Source: Mobula hypostoma (Eukaryota). From it: DNA of 64,000 nucleotides. Each line of letters starts with the position of its first letter. Positions within the stretch are counted from its first letter, which is position 1. The notes beneath the pieces were generated by a model that worked only from the letters and a program-made list of their open reading frames with translations, was not told where the DNA came from and ran no database searches. A program made the position numbers and the translations under genes. Location of the stretch: positions 200,138,001 to 200,202,000 of the forward strand of contig NC_086097.1 of assembly GCF_963921235.1 (NCBI RefSeq). Reading direction: 5' to 3'. This document shows positions 37,997 to 51,712 of the stretch, one piece after another.

Positions 37997-38123
37997 CTAA
38001 AATACATAATGGCTTCCTGATGAATTTCAGGCGGCCTCTCCATCCTCTGTATCGACAGCAGCAGCCAGCTGCCCAAACCCTGAGGCAAAACTCTAAGCCA
38101 AATACCACGATGGTAACAGCTTC
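37997..38123 (-). CDS. KCNQ3: KCNQ3 exon 3 (S2, S2-S3 linker): [42 protein letters not shown](D)
   Basis: 127 bp; acceptor tttttttaaacag, donor gtcagt; KCNQ triple-Cys motif. Missed by the ORF track. Confidence 0.95.
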
Positions 38124-40588
38124 CTGTTTAAAAAAAAGGACACACAGCTTATTGGAAAGTATTGCAATTTAATACCTGAGATAAATCACAAGTAAAACTC
38201 TACATAAATGCAGGCTGTTTACATATTTCAAAATAGTTGGTCACACCTTGTTTAATTTGATATAAAAATCAAATCTAAACTTTTACTTGTAGTTAAGTTC
38301 TGTGAAGCATAGCTGTTGGAATTAGCGTTGTGACATTCTGGGAGTAGAAAGTATTTCTTGAATGTCAAGTGAAATCACTCACTGAACGTTAATACTGAAG
38401 CAAATACTGGACCATTTAAGGTGACTAATAGACAGACAAGGGTTCTGTCGGCATTAGGAGGTACAGGTGAGTGATGTGGGTGCTGACTACATCAAGAGTT
38501 CCTCAGAATCGTGCAACTCTCTTTGGCTGTTTCATGGCCTTTCGTTTTATTAGAAAGTTGGCAGGGTGAGCATTTACCAATAATGATACAATATTCAGTT
38601 CAATTCAAAAATCCATAGACTATGAAACATTTTTTGCCACCATTCTACATTCGGCCTTAGCCAGAAATGTTTCATACAGCATTCATAGTACACAAGTACT
38701 GAAACTATTGCTAACAATTGGGAATTTGGTTATCACTCCTTGTTGTTCAAAGGCATCACAATTGCTAAATGAACATCCAATGAACATCCTGTGGTCACCA
38801 TTAATCAGAAATTCAACTAGGCTAAAATCTTGCTCTATCCTGGATATTCAGCAGGAAATGGCTCACTGCTTTAAGCTTTTCCACCATCCATAAACCACGA
38901 GAGAATTGGGACTGAATATTTTCCACTCAAATATAAGCAGCTCAAACAACAAAGAAGGACTTTCACACTGTTCAGAACACAACAGCGTGGTTAATTGTCA
39001 CCTCATCAATCATCTGAAACATTCAACTCCTCAACAAGATTGTGCATCACAGCAGTACTTTGTACTATCTACAAGACGCACCACACAGCTTCTTTGACAG
39101 TACATCCCAAACTGCTGATTTCTACAACACGGACAATGGAGCAGATGTACAGGAACACCAACACTTCACGTTCTTCTCCAAACCATAAGATACCCTGACT
39201 AATAAATACATCAGAATTCCTTCATCAATACTTTATCAAATCTCTCCAAAACCTTCTCAAGCAATACTGAAGAAGTCCTTTTAACAGTTCCAGAAGATAG
39301 CTCACCATGAATTTCTTGAGGACCATTAGAGACAGCAACCACCTTTGATACTCAGATCCCATGAAAGAATAAAAATGATGTTTAAAAGTGTAATATGTAC
39401 GGATCAATGATAATGAGAGCAGACTATGTAGATGATTAGTGTATGGAGACTGACATTTGTGGAGGAACAGATATTATATATGAAGGGAAGCAAATGAATA
39501 ATGTATTCAGAGGATTTGATGAGTAACATATGAAGGTGTACAGCAGAACAGTGACTAAAACAGTGCATGAGAGATTTAGATGTAAAAAAGGTTAGGTAAC
39601 AGAAGGATGGATGAATAATGTACATGGAGCTGAATGATATATGTTATTGCAGTAAAGGTTTAGATAAGTAATGTATCAAGAAAAGAGATAAGGGAAATTA
39701 AGACTGGGATAGATAGTCATTGTGTGAAGATTTTGAGCATGATCAATGTATAATGTATGTAGAATATGGATGTCTGATGTATGTTGAAGGAGGAAGATAA
39801 ATATATTTAAGTATATAAGTAAGTGTTGTGTGGATGTAGATAAGATTGAACTGTGTGATGCATGTAACATATAGATAATGTATAGGGTGATGTATTTCAT
39901 TAAATGATGATTGTGAATGATGTAGTTTTGATGAGACAGTGACCAAGGTGTTAGAGAAGGTGTGCCAGTTGAGATGTTGTTTGAAGAGTGTTAAATAATC
40001 TTGTATATAAAGGTGTAGAGTTAAAGAGGTACACAATTTAAGGAGTGAAGTATGATGTACTAAATGAGTGAACATAAGAAAAAGGAGCAAAAAAAGGAAC
40101 CATTGAGCCCGTTTCATTATTCAGGATCATACCTGACCTGATCTCGGCTTCAACATTTTCCTGCCCCATCCACAAAACTTTTGACTCTCCTCGATTACAA
40201 AACTCTATCTCAGACTTGAATATATGCAATGACTCCATCTCCACAGTATGGTAGGGGACAGAATTTTATATATTCAGCCCTCTGAAAGAAAACATTCCTC
40301 CTTAACACTATGAAGCTAAATTCTGCTCTGTTTATTATTCAGCACTTACTTTAGTGATTCCTGTCTGGTCAGACTAAGTCAAACAATATAAGCAATGCTG
40401 GGCTTCTTGAAAACCGATCAATGAATGATGCCATCAATTATATCATTAATTGGAATAGTAACTCAATGAAGATTTCTGAATTTAAATACGTAAAAGATCA
40501 TAATCACATACAACCAACTTAATCAAAGCAAATTTTAAATCTAGAAGATTAGCTTTATAATATACAACAAAATTAAATTCTACTTAAC

Positions 40589-40679
40589 CAGTATTAGGAG
40601 CCATTCTTGTGAGAGTGTCTCGTATTCAATGAATGTTGACAAAATGGCCAGGATTAAGCACCCAAGGACTAATAAAAAT
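40589..40679 (-). CDS. KCNQ3: KCNQ3 exon 2 (S1 and S1-S2 linker): [31 protein letters not shown]
   Basis: 91 bp; acceptor ...cacttaacag, donor gttaag; phase fits exon 3. Missed by the ORF track. Confidence 0.92.
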
Positions 40680-41629
40680 CTGTTAAGTGAAAAACAAAGA
40701 TTTCTAACTTCCAACATCAGAGATAAAACAGAAACACAAAACAAAAATGTAACATTATTTCATATCAGTATTAAAGTTCATTTAATAGTAACATGCATTA
40801 TATAATACATTTCTATACTTACAGGAAAATCAGTCTTTTGGTTAACTATATCAGCAAAGTAGATACATGTCAACAAGAGTGAAACGTGTCTCAATTAAGA
40901 TCTGCAAACTATATATAAGGAAACTTAGTTACTGCATTTATAATGTAAGCATCATTATCTTCAATATTCTGCTTGCACTTTGTAAATCTCCATTCAAATA
41001 ATGACCAATTAACCTGATACATTTTTGGACTGTGGGAGAAAACTGGAGGACCCGGAGAAAACCAGATTATTCCAGCAGGAGGACATACAGAGACTCCTTA
41101 CAGAACGGCATTGGAGTTAAGCTCCAAACTACAGAACATGCTGAGCTGTAATAGTGTTGCTTTGTTGGTACATCCTTTCAGTTAGTCTGAATTTGACTGC
41201 CACAGTAAACAATTTTCTTCCTTAAAAATCATGTCTAAGTGGATGACTTCTGACAGCAGTATCAAAAATCCACGTTACACCTAAAGGTTCTTTTCACAAA
41301 ATCGCAATACTATTTGGGCTGTTGGGTTTGTTCAACTATTCGGCTAATTAATGAGCACTCCCTCAAAAGATGTGAATGTAATCGCATAATTATAAGTAGC
41401 CCAGAGGCCTGGAGTTCTGATTCAAAGACAAAAGTTCAAATCTCACTAATGAAAAATTAGAATCAGTAATGGTGACCACAAAACTCTGGCTTTTTGTAAA
41501 AATCTATCTGGTTGGTTAACATCATTTACAGATAACTATACTGTGCCTGATTTCTATTGGACTCCAAACTTGGCTGGCTTTTAAGTGCAACCTAAAATGA
41601 CACTGAATTTAGAGACAATTCATGCCTGG

Positions 41630-42545
41630 AGTCAGACAAAATGGGCAAGGAACTAAACAAGTACTTTGCATTGGTATGGTATTCACCAAAAAAAACGTGG
41701 AGGATTGCAAGATCAGGAAGAAGTACATAGATATACCAAATCATGATGAAGTCAAGGAGATGTTGGGTCTAGTCTCGGGATTCCCAACCTTTTTTATGCC
41801 ATGGACCAATACCATTAAGCAAGGGGGTCTATGGATTCCAGGTTGGGAGCTCCTGTTCTACCCCATGAAAGTGGATAAATCCCTAATGCCTTTTGAGATC
41901 TATCCCAGCTTATTGAGAGAAGAAAGACAAGAAATTGCTGGGGCCTTAACAGAGTTCTTTGCATCCTCTTTGGACATAGACAAGATCCCAAAGGAATGGA
42001 GAATAGCTAATGTTTCTCTATTTAAGAAGGCAATAGAGACAAAACAAGAAATTATGTTGCCTGCTTTACAGGAAGGATGTGGAGGTGTTAATGAGGGAGC
42101 AGAAAAGATTCACCAGAATGTTGCCTGGTTTAGAGTTCTAGCTGTCAGGAGAGGCTGGAATGTTAAAGGTTACATGGGGGAGGGGGGTTTAAATGATAGA
42201 GGTTTATAAAATCATGAGGACGGACAGAGTCTATACCCCTGGAGTAGAAATATTATATACCAAATGGCCCAGCATTAAGATGAGATGGGGAAAGTTTAAA
42301 AGAGAGTTACACGGTAAACGTTTAACTCAGTGAGTAGTAGGTACCGGGAATATGCCGTCAGGGGAGGTGGGGAATTGTGGAAGCAGATGTGACAGTAATG
42401 ATTAGGAGAAATTCAGATAGTTACATGAACGAGCAGGGAATTGAGGGCAGTAGACATCAATTCAGTCAGATGCAGAGTTTAAATTGCCAGTATGGTTGGA
42501 CAGACATTGTGGGCTGATGTACCTTGTAACTGTGCTGCACTGTTC
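41630..42545 (+). mobile_element. Old CR1 with large internal deletions
   Basis: IPKEWRIANV..LFKK motif; CR1 3' UTR remnant. Confidence 0.7.
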
Positions 42546-42667
42546 TGGACTGTATTGGCAACTGCTAATGTGTACCTTTAAAACAAAATCATGCCAATAA
42601 ATTTCCATTAATAGCTTATAAGGGTTAATTCACACATTCAGCCTGCAACTACTATAGACCACTATTT

Positions 42668-43490
42668 TTAAAGGTTCAAAGGTTCATTTATTATCAAAGT
42701 ATACAACGCTGAACAACTTCTTCTCCAGATAGACACGGAACCAAGAAAGAAAAGAATGATAGCACCAACATCAACCCTTAAATCCCTCCTCCCCGAACAA
42801 AAAAAGGAACAAAAATGAAACAGTCACATTGACCCCAAATCCCCCTTCCTCCACACACAAAAAAACAAGAATTATCAGATGAATATCACAGAATATAAAA
42901 AACTATAAGACTGATAAAAACTCTACAAGTCCATGTCCAAAATGCAGAAAACTGGGGTAGCATTCTCCAGGCTCAATGGTAGGCTCTTCCCTTTCCGGCA
43001 GTGAGCAATCCCACCAGCAATCAAATGGCAGTCTTCCGTCTCCAGCAGCAGAGCGTTCCACCAGCAAGCAAACAGCAGTCTTCCCTCTCCGTAGCAGAGC
43101 AATCCCCCGGCGATAAAAAGACAGGCAGTAAGCACTCACCTTCCACATTTGCCTCGATGTTTCAATCTCCCTTGTCACATTAATCAGTGAATAAATGGAA
43201 GCTTTAATTGGCAAAGTGGAGTCGAGCATCAGCACGCACCCAGTCCCCATAGCTTTCTCTCCACAATGTTCCCGCACACTACCTCTCCCTGTCAGGATCC
43301 TCTCAGAGACTGCAGAGCGCTGAAACTCGCAAAGTAACTCCAAACTGCAAATCATGGGTTCCAACAGTTCCAGAATCACATTCAAGATGAAAAGCAAATG
43401 TAAACGACATAAAAGAAGTATATTATGGTTTCATAATATATCCTGAAGATGTTGACTGAAGGAGCGTTGTATGCAGGCACCATCTTGACC
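42668..43490 (-). mobile_element. Non-autonomous retroposon (Rex/L2-type tail), apparently full length
   Basis: 3' tail reverse complement ...GATAATAAATGAACCTTTGAACCTTT; 5' end AAGATGGTGCC; no transposon ORF. Confidence 0.5.
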
Positions 43491-43744
43491 AGAAGTATCA
43501 TGCCCTTCCTTCCTTGGGATTCTAATCCTAAATAACAGTAAGTGGAGAGGGCCGAGAAGATGATGTGGGAAAAAGAGGGAGTGACATTTTGACTCACAGT
43601 AGTATTGTGCTAGCATAGCTCCCATTGTTCATTAAATAAAGCAGAAGTAAAATATATGTTTTAGAGTGTTTATTTAATAAAATGTTTCATTCTCCTTGTT
43701 TGCAACATATAGAAAACAAATTCTCTCTCTTTGTTTTGCTGGTT

Positions 43745-44125
43745 CAATGTAATGTTGAATGGCCTGGACAGAGTGGTGGAAAGGATGTTTCTTATGGTGG
43801 GGGGGGGGGTGTCGAGGACAAGAGGGCACAGCCTCCAGGTAGAGGGGCATCCATTTAAAACAGAGATGTGGAGAAATTTCTTTAGCCAGGGTGTGGTGAA
43901 TTTGTGGAATTTATTACCACAAGTAGCTGTGGAGGTCAGGTCATTTTGTGTTTTTATGGTAGAGATTGATAGGTTCTTGATTGGACACGGCATGAAAGGT
44001 TACAGGGAGAAGGCTGGGGAGTGGGGTTGAGGAGGGGAGAAAAAATCAGCCACGATTGAACAGTGGAGCAGTCTCAAATGGCCATATGGCCTAATTCTGC
44101 TCCTGTAGTCTTATGGTCTTATGGT
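43745..44125 (+). mobile_element. CR1 3' end
   Basis: SRTRGHSL...NFFSQGVVNLWNLLP; TCTTATGG tail. Confidence 0.88.
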
Positions 44126-44809
44126 GGTATAATGTAGCTGTTCATTTCATTCTGCATTCAGTTAGCATTTTACTTATACTTTCTCAATGCACTTGTCACA
44201 GTATCTCAATACATGTGACAACAATAAAAGATAATCCAATTGCAATTCTTGGGTGTAAGATGGCTCCATACAATATATACAAGCAGAAAAGCTCAGCGGA
44301 ACAGGATTTCTCCCAAAATCCTGGGTGAAGACAGACATTATAATCTGCTCTTCGCTCTTGAAATACCTTGGTTATCTTAAACCCAAGGGACCAGAATTTT
44401 TCTTTAAGATTAATTGGACAACCATTAAGAAAGAAGAATACTAGAATTCAAAGCTTCTCAGTTCACGTGATAGCCTTAAGTCTGATGACTCTGTCAAGAC
44501 TGGTTCTACATGTATAACTCCTTATCATCATGATATTTGAACACAATTCTGGTTAATGCTTCTTTCTCAAGATCACTACTCCAGCCGCCAATGTTCCAAC
44601 AAACCACAAGAGGGACCCATTGCTCTGTGAGATGTATTGATTGGCTACAACATATTCACATAGTTACTGTCATGCATCCACATTGTATGGCATTTTTAGA
44701 TTACAGCTTAAATGAGTTACTTAACAACTTAAGTATCAACAGTTCTGCCATTGTCCATAGTGGAAAGAAATCAATTGTTTATGCTATCTCAGACTCCTTT
44801 CCCTTTTAT

Positions 44810-45680
44810 ATATATTAATAATTTGGATGAGAATGTCAATGGCAAATTGCAGATGATACACCACAATTGAATGTGAAGAAAGTTGCCTTAGTTTATAACA
44901 AGGTTTAGATCTATTAAGAAAGTGGGCAAGGAATGGGAGATGGAACTTAACTCAGACAAGTGTGAAGTGATTCATTTTGGGAAGATGAACCAGGACATAC
45001 ACAGTGAATGGCAGGGCCCGGGGGGACGCTGTAGAACAGGGACATTGGAATATAAGTTCCCTGAAAGCTGGAGCACAGGTAAACAGTGTGATATTAGGCA
45101 GCGCTTGGCACACTTGCCTTCTGCAATAAGGTTACCGAGTACAAGAATGGACAAGTCACTAAATGCTGGTTAGGCTGCACTCAAATTTCTGGTCATCACT
45201 CTACAGGAAAGATACGATTAAGCTAGAGAGGGTGCAGAGAAGATTCCCAAAGATGTTGCCTGGATTGGATGAGTCAGTTTACTTTGGAGTGTAGGAGACT
45301 GAGTGGTGATCTGATAGCGAGTGGTCCATTACATTGTAGGAGACATAAATAGGGTAGAGAGCCAGTATCTGTTCTTCATGGTACAGGGCTGTAAAACTAA
45401 AGGGCACAGGTTGAAAGTGAGAGGGAAGAGAATTAAAGCGGGCCTTAGGGTAAGCATTTCACATAAATAATAGTGAAGTAAAAACACTGGAATGAACTGT
45501 CAGAGGTTATCGTTACAGCTCAAAACTGCCAGAGCTATGAACAGCAACAACACTTTAAAGGCATCCATACAGGTTCTTGTATAAGTAAGGCATAGAGAGA
45601 TATAGAATTAATGAAGGCAAGTGGGATTAGTACCGAGAAGCATGATTGGCAGAGGCACATTGAGCTGAAGGGTTTTCAAC
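44810..45680 (+). mobile_element. Old degenerate CR1 3' portion
   Basis: W.MELNSDKCEVIHFG motif and downstream CR1 sequence. Confidence 0.75.
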
Positions 45681-45799
45681 ACAATTATATGGGTATTGTT
45701 TTGTGATATAAGTGCTAACTTTTTAATTAAAACAGGTTTGGGGTGTAGAATCTGATCCCATCATGTCTACCTTAATACTGCATTACAGCAGTTAGTGGT

Positions 45800-46270
45800 A
45801 ATGTACCTTCCTGATAGGTGTGAGCCACCATTAGCACAAAAGAAGAAGGGGAGCAACTACAGTGTGAGTGGGCAGGGTTGGAGAGGTGAAGGCTCTGGTA
45901 AGTCTTTCTATGACTGCACAGGTAGAGCAGTGGGAATGGAACCCAGGGAGGTAGCGTGCTCTTCTTCAAGGATATGGGAAGTCAAAGAGACCTCCACGTC
46001 CCCGATGATCACACCTGCAACAAGTGCATCCGGCTGCAACACCTCGAAATTGGGTGACCTATGAATTATTTGGAAGACAAAGGATTTGATTGGCAAGTGT
46101 TACAGGGAGGCAGTTACACCTAAGTTGCAGGATGCTGATAACTGGTTGACTGTCAGAAGAGGGAACTGGGAACAGCAGCCAGTGCAGAGAACCCTGTGGG
46201 TGTTCCCCTCAATAACAAGTATATTTGTTTGTTACTACTCGAGGGAAAACCTAGCAGAGGAAAGGCACAA
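45800..46270 (+). mobile_element. CR1 5' UTR / ORF1 zinc-finger region fragment
   Basis: VAC SS..WE..........C.KC..LQ-like remnant. Confidence 0.55.
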
Positions 46271-46591
46271 CAGTCCATAAGACCATAAGACACAGGAGTA
46301 GAAGTAGGCCATTTGGCCCATTGAGTCTGCTCCACTGTTCAATCATGGTTGATCCTTTTTTTCCCTCTTCAGCCCCACTCCCCAGCCTTCTAACATTTGA
46401 TGCCATGGCCAGTCAGGAACATATCAATCTCCAGCTTACATACACCCAAAGACCTGGCCTCCACAGTTGCCTGTGTTAACAATTCTTCACCACTCTGGCT
46501 AAAGAAATTCCTGTGCATCTCTGTTTTAAATTGATGCCCCTCTATCCTGAGGCTATGCCCTCTCATCTAGATTCCCTCACCGTGGGAAACA

Positions 46592-46746
46592 TCATCTCCC
46601 CCTCCCCCTCCCACTTTCAAATCTCTTACTAGCTCTTCCTTCAGTTAGTCCTGACGAAAGGTCTCGGCCGGAAACGTCGACTGTACCTCTTCCTAGAGAT
46701 GCTGCCTGGCCTGCTGCGTTGACCGGCAACTTTGATGTGCGTTGCT
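46592..46746 (+). mobile_element. Penelope pLTR fragment with damaged hammerhead (46647-46682), inside CR1
   Basis: AGTC-CTGACGA-aaggtctcggccg-GAAA-CGTC-GACT; stem II mispaired. Confidence 0.8.
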
Positions 46747-46827
46747 TTCCATATCTACTCTGTCTAGGCCTTTCAACATTCAAAAGGTTTCAATGAGATC
46801 CCCTCCTCCATTCTTCTAAATTCCAGA

Positions 46828-47250
46828 GTTAAACCAGCGAGTTGTTTGTTATGTGTCCCTGCTTGCTGGGAAAATGGAGACATCTCTTTCTCCCTTATTA
46901 GGGAGAGAGAGAACCTGTGGTATGTCGAATAACAGGTGAAATGCAAAGTCTTTGGCGTAACTGCAAGTCCGTGTCTTTGTCTTTGTTTTGCTCATGCTTG
47001 AATGCTCGGTGGCCGTGACAATGCTTGATCTTTTTTGCTGGTGGGTGGGAGGGAAGGGGGGATTATTGCTTGCTGCCACTTTCGCGTGGGAGGGAGGGGA
47101 GCTGGGGAGGACTTTGGGGTTCTTGCGTTTAACTGTCGTTCATTCTTTGGGCACTTCTCTGTTTTCATGGATGTTTGTGAAGAAAAAGCATTTCAGGATG
47201 TATATTGTATACATTTCTCTGACATTAAATTGGACCTTTGAACATTTGAA
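46828..47250 (+). mobile_element. Non-autonomous retroposon 3' fragment nested in CR1
   Basis: Interrupts CR1 colinearity; ATTAAA followed by (TTTGAAC)n tail. Confidence 0.6.
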
Positions 47251-50200
47251 CCTTGATAACCCTTTCATTCCCGGAATAATTTTGTGAACCTCCTCTGAAA
47301 CCTCTCCAATGCCAGTACATCTTTTCTGAGATGAGGAGCCCAAAACTGTTCACAATACTCAAGGTGAGGCCTCACCAGTGTCTAATAAAGCCTCAGCATC
47401 ACATCCTTGCTCTTGTATTCTAGACCTCTTGAAATGAATGCTAACATTGTATTTGCCTTCCTCACCACAGACTCTACCTGCAAGTTAACCTTTAGGGTGT
47501 CCTGCACAAGGACTCCCAGGTCCCTTAGCATCTCAAATTTTTGGATTTTCTCCCCATTTAGAAAATAGTACGCACATTTATGTCCACTACCAAAGTGTAT
47601 GACCATGCATTTTCCAACATTGTATTTGATTTGCCACTTTCTTGCCCATTCTCCTAATCTGTCTAAGTCCTTCTGCAGCCTTCCTGTTTCCTCAATACCA
47701 CCTGCCCCTCCACAAATCTTCATATTATCTGTAAACTTGGGAACAAAGCCATCTATTCCATCATCTAAATCATTTATATACAGCCTAAAAAGAGGCAGTC
47801 CCCACACTGACCCCTGCAGAACACCACTAGTCACTGGTAGCTAACAGAAAAGGATCCTTTTATTCCCACTCGCTGCCTCCTACCAATCAGCCAATGGTCT
47901 AACCATGCTAGTAAATTTCCTGTAATACCATGGGCTGTTAACTTGGTAAGCAGCCTCATGTGTGGCACCTTGTCAAAGGCCTTCTGAAAATCCAAATATA
48001 CAACATCCACTGCATCCACTTTATCTATCCTACTTGTTAGCTTTTCAAAAAATTCCAACAGGTTCATCAGGCAAGATTTTCCCTTAAGGAAACCATGCTA
48101 ATTTGTTTGATCTTGTCCTGTGTCCTTAAGCTCCCTAATCACCTCGACTTCATTACATAACATCCATTCCAGTATAGCTGATTCCCTTGTAGGCTCAACA
48201 ACAAACTGTTCTAAAAAGCCTTCTCATAAACATTCAACAACTTCACTCTCTTGAAATCCATTACCAACTTGAATTTCCTAATCTATCTGGATGTTAAAAT
48301 CTCCCATAAATATCCTGACATTGCCCTTTTGACACACCTTTTCTATTTTCACATCTGTTGTCCACATCCCAGCTACTGTTTGGAGACCTATATAAAACTG
48401 CCATCAGGGTCCTTTTACCCTTGCAGTTTCTTCACTCAACCCCAAAAGATTCAACATCTTCTGATTTCTATGTCACATCTTTCTACTGATTAGATGCCAT
48501 TCTTTACTAGCAGAACCACACCACCACATCTGCCTACCTTCCTGTTCCTCCAATACAATGTGTAACCTTGGACATTCAGCTCCCAACTACAACCATCCTT
48601 CAGCCACGATTCAGTGAGGGCCACAACATCATACCTGACAATCCGCAATAGTGCAACAAGATCATCCACCTTATTTGTTACACTCCATGCATTGAGATAT
48701 AACACTTTGAGTACCGTATATGCTACCCTTTTTGATTCTGCATCCCTAATGCACTGATACTCACCATGCTGGCCGCAATTTTGTCCTCTCACCTGCCTGC
48801 CCTTCCTGACAGTTTGACTGCACTCTATCTTTGCATTTTTACCATCCATCCTACCTTGAGTTCCTTCACTCCGGTTCCCATCCCCCAGCTAATTAGTTTA
48901 AAACCTCCTCAACAGTTCTAACAAACATACCTGTGAGAATATTTGTCCTCTTCGGGTTCAGATGCAACTATCCCTTTTGAACGGGTCATACCTTCTCCCA
49001 GAAGAGATCCCAATGATCCGAGAACCTGAAGCCATTCCCCCTCCACCAGCTTCTCAGCCATGTATTTATCTGCCAAACCATCCTGTTTCTACCCGCACTG
49101 GTGCGTGACACACGTAGCAATCCAGAACTTATTACCCTGGAGATCCTGCTTTTCAGATTTCTGCCCAGGTCTCTAAATTAGTTCTCTCTTCAGGACCTCT
49201 TTGGTTTTCCTTATGTCATTGGTACCAATATGCACCAAGACTGCTCTCCCCCACTCCCCCAAAAATGCCGGGAACACAATCCAAGGCATCTCTGACCTTG
49301 GCACCTGGGAGGCAACATACCATCCGGGTGCCCTGTTCACTTCCACGGAATCTCCAGTCTGTTCCCCTGACTATTGACTCCTCTAATACTACCACTCAAC
49401 TCTTCTCACTATTTTCCTTCTGCATCATGGGCCCATGCTGAGTGCCAGTAACCTGGTCTCCATGGCATTCCCCGGTAGGTCATCTCACACAGCAGTATCC
49501 AAAAAGGTATACTTATTATTGAGGGGAATGGCCACAGGGGAGCTCTGTGCTAACTGCCTATTCACCATCCCATTCCTTCTCCTGACAATCACTCAGCTAT
49601 CTACCTCCTGCACCTTAGAGAAGAATACTTCCCTGAATTCAGATCGATGGTCTTCTCACTCTCCCGTACAAGCTGAAGGTTCTCCAGCTGCTGCTCCAGA
49701 TCCCTAACACGATTTTCAAGGAGCTACAGTCGGATTCACTTCACCCAGATGTAGTTCCCTGGGAAACTTTGGGTCTCCCAGGACTCCAACATCTGACATG
49801 AAGAACACACAACGGCCATTTAAACTACACTAAGTACTCCTGACACAGTAAGAAAAAAGGGAAGCTTCACATTCATGTTTCTGGAACTGAGCCTGGTTCT
49901 GTTGCTTTATCAAGGTAAAGTGTTCAAGTTGTAACATTTCACTTGCCCTAGGCTTGGAGCCAAATGACACAGGACCCTCTGTCTGTGCATTAGGAATGTT
50001 GCTTTTTCCTAATTAATGCGTCTTGTGCACTCACTATATTGATAATGACAGTTAAACATACAACACTCACATGCAGAGAAGGCCGGTTGCCGTATTAGTA
50101 TGCAAAGTAGATGCAATGCCAGCATTGCCTACTGGACTTTAGAGAAGCACCCTAATGCTTTCTTTCAGCTCCCATGGAGACACCAGCAATTGAACCAACA

Positions 50201-50732
50201 CATAAATATAGTGGCTGGAAGCAAAGGCTAGAGGTTGGGTATCTGTAGTGCATAACACCCTGGGCTCTTCCAGCATCAACGAGGATAAGTCGAGTGCTTG
50301 ATAGAACACTCACCATTTGCCAGAATGAGCACAGCACTAACAACTCTGAAGAAGCTTAACACCATCCCTGGACAAAGCAGATTGTTGATACTGTTTTAAC
50401 CACTCAAAGCATTCATTCCCTCTACAAGTGATTCATAATGACTGCATCTACAAAATGCACAACAGGGCTTGCTCAAGTCACTCTAGCAGCTCCTCCTAAA
50501 CTGTAACATCTACTACTGAGAAGAAAGAAAAATGCAGTAAGTACATGGTAACACCATCACCTGCAGCTTGCCCTCCAAATTACACACCCATTCAGACTTG
50601 GAAATTTATTGACCTTTCTCTATTGTCACTGAGTCTAAATCCTGGAACCCCCCCACTCGATAGCACCATTAAAGTACCCTCACCAGAAGGACTGCAGTCT
50701 TTCAAGAAGGAGGCTCACCATCTCGTTCTCCC

Positions 50733-51712
50733 ACTGGTGCCGGTGACGAGTGGTTTTCCACAGGGGTCAGTGTTGGGACTGCTTCTTTTTACATTACACC
50801 TCAGTGACTTGTATGATGGAATTGATGGCTTTATTGCAAAGTTTACGGATTATACGGAGATAGGTGGAGGGGCAGGTAGTTTTGAGGAAGTAGAGATGCT
50901 ACAAAAGGACTTAGACAGATTAGGAGAATGAGCAAAGAAGAGGCAGAAGGATGACAATGTCAGGAAGCTTATGGTCATGCACTTTAGCGGAAAAAATAAA
51001 AAGGTAGACTATTTTCTAAATGGAGAGAAAATTGAAAAAGCTGAGGTGCAAAGGGATTCCCTAAATGTTAATTTGCAGGTTGGGTCTGTGGTGAGGAAGG
51101 AAAATGTGATGTTAGGATTCATTTCGCAAGGACTAGAACATAAAAGCAAGGATATAATGCTAAGACTTTATAATGCACTGATGAGACCTCACAGAGTATT
51201 GTAGGCAGTTTTGGGCCCCTTATCTTAGAAAGGATGCACTGACTCTGAAGAGAGTTCAAAGAAGGTTCACGAAAATGATTCCAGGATTGATTGGCTTGTC
51301 ATATGAAGAGTGTTTGATGGCTCTGGGCCTATGTTAACCAGAATTCAGAAGAATGATGGGTGACCTACCAAATGGTGAACGATCTTGGTAGAGTGGATAT
51401 GGAGAGAAGAGTCTAGGACCAGTGGACACAGCCTTAGAATAGGGGGATGTCTATTTAGAATGGCGATAAGGATGAATGTCTTTAGCCCAGAGAATGGTGA
51501 ATTGTGGAATTCTTTGCCACAGGAAGCTGTGGAGATCAAGTCCTCATCAATATTTAAGGCAGAGGATGATAGATTCTTGATTGGTCAAGGCACTAAGGAT
51601 TGCGGGGAGAAGACAGGAGATTGGGGCTGAGAGGAATAATGGATCAGCCATGGCAAAATGGCGGAGCAGACTCAATGGGCCAAATAGCCTAATTCTGCTT
51701 CTATATCTTATG
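50733..51712 (+). mobile_element. CR1 3' portion, degenerate
   Basis: VTSGFPQGSVLG, LQKDLDRLGE, LWNSLPQEAVE motifs. Confidence 0.88.

Larger units (their letters stand above)
3130..40679 (-). other. KCNQ3: KCNQ3 (Kv7.3) gene, partial: exons 2-6 and introns 2-5; the flanks of the window are presumably intron 1 and intron 6
   Basis: The five exons splice in frame. Paralog-diagnostic motifs match KCNQ3: S1 [18 protein letters not shown] (not KPFC), ATSLRSLRF (no extra Ala as in KCNQ2/4), [18 protein letters not shown]. Exon sizes 91/127/173/111 equal human KCNQ3 exons 2, 3, 4 and 6 as recalled. Introns are 2465, 25057, 1079 and 8306 bp. Confidence 0.93.
46277..49830 (-). mobile_element. CR1 LINE spanning ORF1 to 3' tail, with internal deletions and two nested inserts
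   Basis: RT ORFs 47382..47834 and 47831..48067, EN ORF 48490..48849, esterase remnant near 48950-49330, CCATAAGA tail. Confidence 0.9.

Noticed and set aside
39404..40117. His/Ile/Leu-rich minus-strand ORFs
   Set aside because: Explained by compositional skew; no recognisable domain or splice context.
3130..40679. Assignment to KCNQ2, KCNQ4 or KCNQ5 because of ITLTTIGYG
   Set aside because: The 173-bp exon with ATSLRSL, GSAIC, KPLC, DKTPKTW and the S1 sequence all match KCNQ3; only this one residue resembles the paralogs.
46647..46682. Second active hammerhead
   Set aside because: Stem II is mispaired and the motif is antisense to KCNQ3.
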